In this document: positions 11,296 to 18,816 of the stretch, one piece after another | Layout: every line of letters begins with the position of its first letter | Numbering within the stretch: the first letter of the stretch is position 1 | Virus record (IMG/VR): IMGVR_UViG_3300025727_000782 | Span: 13,467-77,466 of that record | Source: a virus | Reading direction: 5' to 3' (one strand) | DNA length: 64,000 nt | Notes under the pieces: model-generated | What the model was told of the DNA's origin: nothing | What the model saw: only the letters and a program-made list of their open reading frames with translations | Database searches by the model: none | Translations under genes and position numbers: made by a program

Positions 11296-11307
11296 GGGGA
11301 AACTATA

Positions 11308-12321
11308 ATGTTCAAAAACATTGACCCATCGAGTAAGTCAATTAAACCTTTTAAAGCGTATAAGTCATTCACACTAACTAACAATGATAGTGGGAGTGGA
11401 CACTTTGTTTTAAAAGCAGTTAGTGGTTCTCATCATAATTTCAATACAGGTTCCGCAGCTTCACAGAGTTTTGGTAGTTATGTTCAATCTGCAAGTGCAT
11501 TTGAATATGGTACATTCTATGATTTACCTAATTGGCATGGAATAAATCAACTCTATTATAAAAGAAGTTCAGAACCATATGGAAATTTTGGAAGTAATAA
11601 TCCTAAAAAGATTAATCGCGAACTAAATGGTACGGCAAGAATATTTTCCATACCAAGACAATTATTCGGTGAACAAATAAAACCAGAAAGTGTAACACTA
11701 TCAGCTACAGCTGATGGCCAAACTTTTGATATCCGAGATGACGGAGATGGGAATTTATTTGATTTTGCTCATTCAGCAAGTTATGCTGCATTTAAATCAA
11801 GTTCATTTAATAGGAGTCAAGGTGTACAATCAAATGGAAGTGGTAGTGAGGTAGGTAATGTTTTTTATGAACATGGCCAAATTGTTATAACCGATACAGG
11901 TTCTTATGTAAATGTAGGAACTTCAACAGGACATACTTTAAATTATAAAGCAACTTCTACATTATATGAACATGAATATGTTGTGGATGCTACACCAAGT
12001 GAGTTTAATTTAAGTACTAATATAAGTGCTACATTTGAACGAAGTGGTAGTATATCAATTGCAGAAGGAAGTGTATCAATGTCAAGATTTTTCCCACCAG
12101 GTGATCAACCAACGGGTGTGGGAACGGGCAGTTTAAAACCATTTTATAATGCAGCTTCTAAGGTGGCATCATACACAACACATTCTGAATTTCGACCATA
12201 TGTTAGTACTGTAGGACTTTATAATGATAGTAATGAACTTATGGCTATTGGTAAGTTAAGTAAAGCAGTGAAGTTTAGTAAAGATTCAAACACATCAATA
12301 GTTATAAGATTTGATGTTTAA
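11308..12321 (+). CDS. Putative virion structural protein, paralogue of preceding gene
   Basis: C-terminal YVSTVGLYNDSNELMAIGKLSKAV...IRFDV; shared DDG.GN and G.VFY..G.I motifs. Confidence 0.7.
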   Translation: MFKNIDPSSKSIKPFKAYKSFTLTNNDSGSGHFVLKAVSGSHHNFNTGSAASQSFGSYVQSASAFEYGTFYDLPNWHGINQLYYKRSSEPYGNFGSNNPKKINRELNGTARIFSIPRQLFGEQIKPESVTLSATADGQTFDIRDDGDGNLFDFAHSASYAAFKSSSFNRSQGVQSNGSGSEVGNVFYEHGQIVITDTGSYVNVGTSTGHTLNYKATSTLYEHEYVVDATPSEFNLSTNISATFERSGSISIAEGSVSMSRFFPPGDQPTGVGTGSLKPFYNAASKVASYTTHSEFRPYVSTVGLYNDSNELMAIGKLSKAVKFSKDSNTSIVIRFDV

Positions 12322-12335
12322 TTAAGTATATATCC

Positions 12336-12342
12336 TATTTAT
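12336..12342 (+). promoter_or_regulatory. Putative promoter motif TATTTAT
   Basis: Upstream of MscS-like gene. Confidence 0.5.
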
Positions 12343-12395
12343 TATTGATTACAGGGGAGTAATTTTTTAATAATTAAAACAGGAGAGAGACTACG

Positions 12396-12830
12396 ATGGA
12401 TACCGATGTTCAAGGGTTATTGAAAACCTTAATAGGACATTACGGTTGGATGGTAGTTACATTTGGTATTATGTTCTTTTTTAAAGAGTCCATAATGAAT
12501 ATGATTCAGGGTATGCAAATATTTATGGGTAACGATTTTAATAATGATGATGTTATCTATATTAGTGGCCGAGAAGCCAGAGTCGTGAGAGTCGGAATGA
12601 CAAAAACAGTATTTTACATGACCGACAGGAGAAGTAAAATGGTAGTGCCCAATGAAAAACTAAAATCCTTAACCTTAGAGAAACGATTACCGCGTGGTGC
12701 ACGCCAGGCTAAAGACGGTTATTTGCCTAAATCTACCGATAAACTATCAGATAAACAAAAACAAGGATTACATGCAGTTTCTAACGAAAAAACTGTACGG
12801 GATACGGGGAAAAAAGTATCAAAAAAGTAG
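12396..12830 (+). CDS. Minimal MscS-like mechanosensitive channel protein
   Basis: Hydrophobic N-terminal helices then FNNDDVIYISGREARVVRVGMTKTVF...VVPNEKL, matching the MscS middle beta-domain; C-terminal alpha/beta domain absent. Confidence 0.7.
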   Translation: MDTDVQGLLKTLIGHYGWMVVTFGIMFFFKESIMNMIQGMQIFMGNDFNNDDVIYISGREARVVRVGMTKTVFYMTDRRSKMVVPNEKLKSLTLEKRLPRGARQAKDGYLPKSTDKLSDKQKQGLHAVSNEKTVRDTGKKVSKK

Positions 12831-12859
12831 TTAGTTTTACCTAAATTTTAAAGATTTTA

Positions 12860-12867
12860 ATATTTAT
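12860..12867 (+). promoter_or_regulatory. Putative promoter motif ATATTTAT
   Basis: Extended context AAATTTTAAAGATTTTAATATTTATTAAT nearly identical to that at 22173-22200. Confidence 0.6.
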
Positions 12868-12910
12868 TAATAAGTCATAATCAATTAACTATAGAAAGGA
12901 TTGACGAAGT

Positions 12911-14173
12911 ATGAGAAAATTATGGATGATACCATTGTTATTTAGTTTTGTGTTCTCACAGAATTTAATAACAGACTTTTTTAAATATTCAACTGTATAT
13001 GCTGGATTTAATTTATCTTCACCTAAATGGGAAGATGATAGATACAGATTGCAGTTAATAAATCCAGAAACTGGCCTACCAGATTGGGTAAATGGAACTA
13101 TTAGTGTAAATAAAGAAGATATAGAATTAAAACCAGATTTTGATTTCTCATTTGGTATAAGAAAAATCGCAAGATTTCATTATGAACCAAAACGAGGAGT
13201 TAAAAATGCTGGTGTTGGTGGAGATTGGTATAAAGGAAATGAATCAAGTCCAAATGATGCTGCTACAATTGGTAGAGTTAAAGGATTTGAGTATTTAATA
13301 AAATATGAAGAAAATCGTAGATGGGATGAGGAGTTTACATCTCAAGAATATAATTTACGATATCTTGGTGATTGGTTTATTGCTAAAATTAAATACCATG
13401 ATTTACAATTAGAAGACATTAAATATTCCCAAGCAGATTTGAGATTTAGAAAAGAATTTCTATTAGAGGATGCAAGTCTAAATCTATCAGTTGGTATTGG
13501 TGGGAGAGAACATCCAGTTTATGGATTTGCCCCTACCGTTATAGATACAAGTTGGTATACAGGTTCTTGGTGGGATTTCGCATCAGATGAATTTGGTGTA
13601 AGTGATAAATACTATCGCGGTGATTTAGACGGAGATGGAGTAGGAGATGGTGGAATGACTATATATGATGCAGCTACAGGACAACCAATAGGTTGGGTAG
13701 GTAGTGATTTTAGATGGTTTGATGCCAATGGTGAATTAATGGCAATGTCTGATAGAGAATTTTATCAATATCATTTTCCTGAATTATTAGAAAATTGGTT
13801 TGAAGATAAAACAAAGGCATTAGGAAATCAACGAGAAATATCATTATCATTCGGTTTAGATTACTATAAATACACAGAGAACTTTTGGATACATGCATGG
13901 GGAACTTTGTTTCCTATCCACTATGGATTAGATAAATACTCTTTCCATAATGCATTTGCATTTAAAGAACATGAAAAACGAGGTGGGGATCCACTTGAGT
14001 TTGAATTTATGGATGCAGAAATAGAACAATGGAATGATTATGACTTCGGTGCAGTAATCGGATTTAAATTAAAAGATAATTTAGGATTTTATGCTGAAGG
14101 TAAATATTTATACTATTGGGAACGCCCTACTTATGATGTACGATTAGGGTTAAATTATCAGTTTTTAAACTAA
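12911..14173 (+). CDS. Exported protein, probable outer-membrane beta-barrel
   Basis: Signal peptide MRKLWMIPLLFSFVFS-Q; aromatic alternating strands; ends VRLGLNYQFLN (beta-signal-like); DLDGDG Ca-binding-like loop. Confidence 0.65.
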   Translation: MRKLWMIPLLFSFVFSQNLITDFFKYSTVYAGFNLSSPKWEDDRYRLQLINPETGLPDWVNGTISVNKEDIELKPDFDFSFGIRKIARFHYEPKRGVKNAGVGGDWYKGNESSPNDAATIGRVKGFEYLIKYEENRRWDEEFTSQEYNLRYLGDWFIAKIKYHDLQLEDIKYSQADLRFRKEFLLEDASLNLSVGIGGREHPVYGFAPTVIDTSWYTGSWWDFASDEFGVSDKYYRGDLDGDGVGDGGMTIYDAATGQPIGWVGSDFRWFDANGELMAMSDREFYQYHFPELLENWFEDKTKALGNQREISLSFGLDYYKYTENFWIHAWGTLFPIHYGLDKYSFHNAFAFKEHEKRGGDPLEFEFMDAEIEQWNDYDFGAVIGFKLKDNLGFYAEGKYLYYWERPTYDVRLGLNYQFLN

Positions 14174-14189
14174 TATAGGAGAGATAAGA

Positions 14190-14258
14190 ATGTTAAACGC
14201 ATGTAAAAACCCAGATTGTAAATGTGAAAATTGCAATTGTAAAAATTGTGATTGTTAA
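14190..14258 (+). CDS. 22-aa Cys-rich, metallothionein-like peptide (not in ORF track)
   Basis: Hand translation MLNACKNPDCKCENCNCKNCDC-stop; AGGAGAG RBS at 14177-14183; fills the intergenic gap. Confidence 0.7.
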   Translation: MLNACKNPDCKCENCNCKNCDC

Positions 14259-14275
14259 TCACTCGGAGAGAATAA

Positions 14276-14848
14276 GTGGATGAAAAGAAATTAGGTCAGC
14301 TGTTGCTCGTTAAAGATGTAATAACTAAACGACAATTAGCATCAGCTGTACAATCACAAATAAAAGGTGATAATAGAAAGATAGGGGAAATCTTAATTGA
14401 TAAGGGATTTCTTACTATGGAAGATTTAACAGATATTTTGTTAGAGAATGGGCATAGTGAGCCAACACCAGTTATACCAACCCCTGAGCCATCAGGTTTA
14501 GTGGAAGGATCAGAATTGAGTAAAAATACAAAATTCAAAGTATCCATTCAGACGATGATTAGTGCTGGAGTTGGTATTGCAACACTGGTTGGATTTTGGT
14601 ACGCATTACAAGCAGACATACAAGAAGCAAAAGAGTTACCCGCGATTGGTAACATATATGACCAAGAGTATCCATCAAAACCAGAAGGATATAACTGGCC
14701 GCGTTCATATGAACAATATAAGGATAATGTTGGTGCACTTCAAGAAGATATGGATGCAGTATTTGAAACCTTAGAAGACTATGAAGAAAAGATTGAAGAA
14801 TTAGAAAAGCAAGTTACAGAACTGAGAATTAAGGTGGGCAATAAATGA
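14276..14848 (+). CDS. Membrane protein with N-terminal MshEN-like c-di-GMP-binding domain and C-terminal coiled coil
   Basis: KKLGQLLLVKDVITKRQLASAVQSQ + RKIGEILIDKGFLTMEDLTDIL tandem motif; TM helix MISAGVGIATLVGFWYAL; GTG start with GGAGAG RBS. Confidence 0.7.
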   Translation: MDEKKLGQLLLVKDVITKRQLASAVQSQIKGDNRKIGEILIDKGFLTMEDLTDILLENGHSEPTPVIPTPEPSGLVEGSELSKNTKFKVSIQTMISAGVGIATLVGFWYALQADIQEAKELPAIGNIYDQEYPSKPEGYNWPRSYEQYKDNVGALQEDMDAVFETLEDYEEKIEELEKQVTELRIKVGNK

Positions 14849-15273
14849 AAAAAACAAGAATAATAAGAAATTTTCTATTTTGGTTTGTACTTGGATTTGT
14901 TATGATGGGTACAGTATCAAGTCAAACAAGACCTAAAGCAAAAGTAGAAATTACAGATAAAACTTTTAAGTCAGCAGTATCTAAAGGGTTTGTTGTGGTG
15001 ATATTCACAGCAGATTATCAATTGAAAAATATTGATCCTAAGATGATAAAAGATATTGAAGGACATGAAAAAACTGTTGTGGTATCAATACAACACAATA
15101 GTGTTTCAGCCGTTGTAAAGAAATTAAGGTTGAGAAATTATCCATCAATAGCTTTGTTTCATAATGGAGCAAAGAAAAAAGTTTGGAAACCAGATATGGA
15201 TGGAAATTTAGGGATAACCCAAAAAGATATTAAAAAAGAAATAACCAATACATTAGCAGGTGATGTATTTTAA
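14845..15273 (+). CDS. Exported thioredoxin-fold protein lacking cysteines
   Basis: Signal peptide; EITDKTF...VVVIFTADY and LRLRNYPSIALFHNG match thioredoxin, but no CxxC. Confidence 0.65.
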   Translation: MKKTRIIRNFLFWFVLGFVMMGTVSSQTRPKAKVEITDKTFKSAVSKGFVVVIFTADYQLKNIDPKMIKDIEGHEKTVVVSIQHNSVSAVVKKLRLRNYPSIALFHNGAKKKVWKPDMDGNLGITQKDIKKEITNTLAGDVF

Positions 15274-15286
15274 AAAGGAGACTGAT

Positions 15287-15454
15287 ATGTTTAAAAAACT
15301 ATTAGTAATAATACCGTTATTGTTTGCACTTGGATGTGAAGACAATATAAGTCATGATATAGATGCTAATATGAATGGTAAAATACAGTTTTCAAATTTA
15401 AAAATAGATACAGATTCAGAAGAATCGCCGTATCATAATTATGGTGGCAGATAA
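15287..15454 (+). CDS. Small lipoprotein
   Basis: MFKKLLVIIPLLFALG-C lipobox; AGGAG RBS supports start 15287 rather than 15260. Confidence 0.65.
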   Translation: MFKKLLVIIPLLFALGCEDNISHDIDANMNGKIQFSNLKIDTDSEESPYHNYGGR

Positions 15455-15475
15455 ACCACTTGTAGGAGAAAGAAT

Positions 15476-16558
15476 ATGGCTGACGAAAATCAAGTAGAAA
15501 CAAGTGAATCAGTATCAGTAGGTGATGATGAAGTTGGTGCAAGTGTAGAAGTAGATACAGGAGCAAGTGTAGAGGTAAGTGATGATGGAGTATCAGCAGA
15601 AGCTCATTATGAAGAATCTGCAGAAGCTCATGCTGGAGTATCAACAGAATCAGACTTGGGAGAAGCTCATGCTGGAGTATCAGCCGAAGTAAGTGTTGAA
15701 GCAGAAGTTCATGCAGATGCAGGATTTGATGGTGAAGATGTGAGTGCAAGTGTTGGAGCATCAATTGAGGAAAAAGCTCAAGTAGGTGTTGAAGCAGGAG
15801 CAAGTACTGATGGGGCTGGAGTTGAAGTTTCAGGTGATGCATATGTTGAAACACACGCAACAGCAGAAGCAGATGTAAGTGTTGGAGAACATGGAGTAGA
15901 AGCTGGTGGAGAAGCATCCATTGGTTCAAGTGTCGGTGTTGAAGGTGAAGGAAGTGCAACCGTAGGAGCCGCAACTGGAACAGTTGGTGGTGGAGTTAGT
16001 GTTGGTGAACAAGTTGGAATTGGTGGAGAAGGACACGCAACTATGGAAGATGGTGTAGTTGATGTAGGTGTTAGTGGAGATGTAGCAGCGTTAGTAGGAA
16101 TTGAAGTTGATGTGGATGTACAAATAGATACTAAAGAAGTTCAGAAAGAAGCTGAAGCGGCACGAGTAGCAGCTGAAGAAGAAGCAAAACGAGTTGCTCA
16201 AGATGTGGCTGATGCAAAGAGAATTGCAGACCAACAAGCAGCTGAGGCAAAAAGAATTGCAGATGAAGCTAAAGCAGAAGCAGAACGACAAGCCGAAGAA
16301 GTTAAGAAACAGGCTGAAGAAGCAAAACAACAAGCCGAAGAAGAAGCAAAACGAGTTGCTCAAGAAGCGGCAGATGCTAAAAGAATTGCAGAACAACAGG
16401 CGGCAGTGGCGAAAAAGAAATCCGATGAGGCCTCAAAAGCAGCAAAGAAAGCAGCAGATGATGCAGCTAATAAAGCAAAGAAAGGTACTAAGAAAGCCAC
16501 TAAGTCAATTTCAAAAGCTTTTGGTGGCGGTAAAAAGAAACATAAGAAGAAACACTAA
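15476..16558 (+). CDS. Gly/Val/Ala/Glu beta-rich protein with TolA-like Ala/Glu/Lys helical repeats and basic tail
   Basis: Alternating VxAxAxV strands aa 1-220; AEEEAKRVAQ/AKRIA repeats; KKKHKKKH end; AGGAG RBS. Confidence 0.7.
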   Translation: MADENQVETSESVSVGDDEVGASVEVDTGASVEVSDDGVSAEAHYEESAEAHAGVSTESDLGEAHAGVSAEVSVEAEVHADAGFDGEDVSASVGASIEEKAQVGVEAGASTDGAGVEVSGDAYVETHATAEADVSVGEHGVEAGGEASIGSSVGVEGEGSATVGAATGTVGGGVSVGEQVGIGGEGHATMEDGVVDVGVSGDVAALVGIEVDVDVQIDTKEVQKEAEAARVAAEEEAKRVAQDVADAKRIADQQAAEAKRIADEAKAEAERQAEEVKKQAEEAKQQAEEEAKRVAQEAADAKRIAEQQAAVAKKKSDEASKAAKKAADDAANKAKKGTKKATKSISKAFGGGKKKHKKKH

Positions 16559-16818
16559 TGGCTATAACAGATTACGATGAATTACATGGTGGTGATGGAC
16601 TACCAGATTGGATGCAATATAGTATTAGTATTGCAATGTTTGGAATGTTTATATGGATAATTTGGTTGTTATTCCATTCTACTTTAGACCCACAGTTTAG
16701 AGACTTACTTAATATTATTGTAGGTGGTTTTTTAGCTTCCTTTGGTAAAGTAGTAGACTTTTGGTTTAAACACGAAAAGTCTAAAAAGGGTGTAATGAGA
16801 TGTACAGGAGGTAAATAA
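16558..16818 (+). CDS. Small two-TM membrane protein (holin-like candidate)
   Basis: Two hydrophobic helices, RDLLNIIVGGFLASFGKVVDFWF, basic C-tail. Confidence 0.5.
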   Translation: MAITDYDELHGGDGLPDWMQYSISIAMFGMFIWIIWLLFHSTLDPQFRDLLNIIVGGFLASFGKVVDFWFKHEKSKKGVMRCTGGK

Positions 16819-16962
16819 ATGCCAAACAGAAAAGCAAAAGATAGAAAAGCTAAACGACAGAAGTTAAATGAAAAATGGAAAACCGAAGGTAGAACTGCAA
16901 AACAACATAAGAAGTGGAAAGCAAAACAACCTACAAATCAAATGCCACGATATGGGAGATAA
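16819..16962 (+). CDS. 47-aa highly basic protein (not in ORF track)
   Basis: MPNRKAKDRKAKRQKLNEKWKTEGRTAKQHKKWK...; AGGAGG RBS. Confidence 0.65.
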   Translation: MPNRKAKDRKAKRQKLNEKWKTEGRTAKQHKKWKAKQPTNQMPRYGR

Positions 16963-16965
16963 CAA

Positions 16966-17118
16966 ATGGAATTAAATTGGACATATGATGTAGAAACTAA
17001 ATTGATGACATTTATTTTAAATGATTCAATTAAATATGTAGCTACAAGTGGAGGCCTTCGTTATGGTAAGAAAGTTGCTAAAGCTCTATTTCAAGGAATA
17101 ATTAAAAAGGACTTGTAA
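16966..17118 (+). CDS. 50-aa hypothetical protein (not in ORF track)
   Basis: MELNWTYDVETKLMTFILND...; GGAG RBS; TAATG overlap with next gene. Confidence 0.55.
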   Translation: MELNWTYDVETKLMTFILNDSIKYVATSGGLRYGKKVAKALFQGIIKKDL

Positions 17119-17528
17119 TGATTACATTAAAAGAAGTTTATTTGTTACAAGAAAGAGAAGATTTTACTTTTATAGCAAGTGAAATCATAAAATATTATAA
17201 ATCAAAAGTTCCGCCAGGAATAAAAATTAACACAACACGATATAAAGATGATACTCTTAAAGGTGATTATAATGTTGATAAAAACACTATACAAATCAGA
17301 ACAAGTTATACAAAAGTATCAGACTTCATGATATCAGTTCTACACGAAATCAAACACGCTATGGATGCTAAAAAGAAGGGTAAAAAAAACTATAAATTAG
17401 ATTACGAGTGGGAAATGAATTATCAGATTGGAAATGGTAAACACCAATATAGAGATAACAAATATGAGATAGAAGCCGAAAAATGGGCAAAAAGTGAGTA
17501 TAGTAAAAGATGGAAAAATAAATTCTAA
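17118..17528 (+). CDS. Zincin-like metallopeptidase
   Basis: SVLHEIKHAMD (HExxH) plus downstream EIEA. Confidence 0.65.
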   Translation: MITLKEVYLLQEREDFTFIASEIIKYYKSKVPPGIKINTTRYKDDTLKGDYNVDKNTIQIRTSYTKVSDFMISVLHEIKHAMDAKKKGKKNYKLDYEWEMNYQIGNGKHQYRDNKYEIEAEKWAKSEYSKRWKNKF

Positions 17529-17545
17529 TTTGGGGATTTTAGGTT

Positions 17546-17553
17546 ATATTTAT
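17546..17553 (+). promoter_or_regulatory. Putative promoter motif ATATTTAT
   Basis: TTTAGGTTATATTTAT context shared with 36866-36881. Confidence 0.55.
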
Positions 17554-17563
17554 ATATATAGTT

Positions 17564-17899
17564 ATGAAGACTCGTTCAGCGAAAAATAAAGGCAAACGCC
17601 TTCAAAATACAGTCAGAGATATTCTACTCGAAACATTCAAGGAAGATTTAGAACCAGATGATATTCGTTCGCAAATTATGGGAATGAGTGGAGAGGACAT
17701 AGTTTTATCCCCTGCCGCTCGTAAACTTATACCATATTCAATAGAATGTAAAAATCAAGAAAAGTTGAATATATGGTCATCATTAGAACAGGCGGAAGGT
17801 AATTCTAAAGAATCTACTCCCGTATTGGTATTTAAAAGAAATAGAAGTAAAACTTATGCAGCTGTAGAATTAAAGGAATTTATCAAGTTGATTAAATGA
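17564..17899 (+). CDS. Hjc-like PD-(D/E)xK nuclease, putative Holliday junction resolvase
   Basis: SAKNKGKRLQ...GEDI...SIECKNQEKLNIW. Confidence 0.75.
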   Translation: MKTRSAKNKGKRLQNTVRDILLETFKEDLEPDDIRSQIMGMSGEDIVLSPAARKLIPYSIECKNQEKLNIWSSLEQAEGNSKESTPVLVFKRNRSKTYAAVELKEFIKLIK

Positions 17900-18816
17900 G
17901 TCAGTTAGTTATAAACATATTAGATAAAGCCCTTAAATCAAAGGGTAATAAATTAAAGAAGACAAATGAGTATATGTGGTGGAGTCCATTTGTCTCACAT
18001 CACAAACCAAAATTACAAGTCAATATAGAGACTGGTAAGTGGCATTGTTGGGTAAGTAATCAAGGTGGACATAATCTGTTCCAATTATTAAAACAAGTAA
18101 ATGCAAACAGAAGTCTATTCAAAGAGTTGAGTGATGCTGTCGGTTCTACTTACTATACTTCAGATAAGAAAGATGTGAAAGATATTGTATTAAATCTTCC
18201 GAAGGAAGCTAAACCATTATGGAATGGTGGAGATTCATTACAGAAGTTACATGCACTTAAATTTATATATGAACGAGGTTTAACCGATGAAGATATACTA
18301 CGATACAATTTACATTATTGTTTAAGTGGAGTGTATCAAAATAGAATTATTATACCGAGTTATGATAGTGATGGAGTATTGAATTATTTCGTAGGGAGAG
18401 ATTTTTATAAGGGTGGAATGAAATACAAAAATCCCCCTATACCTAAAGATATTATCGGATTCGACTTGTATATAGATTGGAGTCAACCGATTGTTCTTTG
18501 TGAGGGAGTGTTTGATGCCATTGCTATTAAAAATAACTCTATACCATTATTCGGTAAAACCATATTACCTAAACTTTATGAAAAGATAATAAAAAATCGG
18601 GTTAAACATATAATAATTTCTTTGGATGAAGACGCATTTAAAGACTCTTTAAAAATGATAAAAAAATTCTTTAACTCTGGAATTTCCGTAAACTTTGTCA
18701 AACTTACGGAAACCGACCCAAGTGAATTGGGATATATAAAAATGATTGACAAACTAAATACTTCAACCGAAGTAAACTTTAAAGAACTAATGAGAATGAA
18801 AATTTATGGAAAATAA
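17896..18816 (+). CDS. DNA primase (DnaG-like, TOPRIM)
   Basis: NRIIIP, YFVGR, KYKNP, LCEGVFDAI, SLDEDA. Confidence 0.9.
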   Translation: MSQLVINILDKALKSKGNKLKKTNEYMWWSPFVSHHKPKLQVNIETGKWHCWVSNQGGHNLFQLLKQVNANRSLFKELSDAVGSTYYTSDKKDVKDIVLNLPKEAKPLWNGGDSLQKLHALKFIYERGLTDEDILRYNLHYCLSGVYQNRIIIPSYDSDGVLNYFVGRDFYKGGMKYKNPPIPKDIIGFDLYIDWSQPIVLCEGVFDAIAIKNNSIPLFGKTILPKLYEKIIKNRVKHIIISLDEDAFKDSLKMIKKFFNSGISVNFVKLTETDPSELGYIKMIDKLNTSTEVNFKELMRMKIYGK

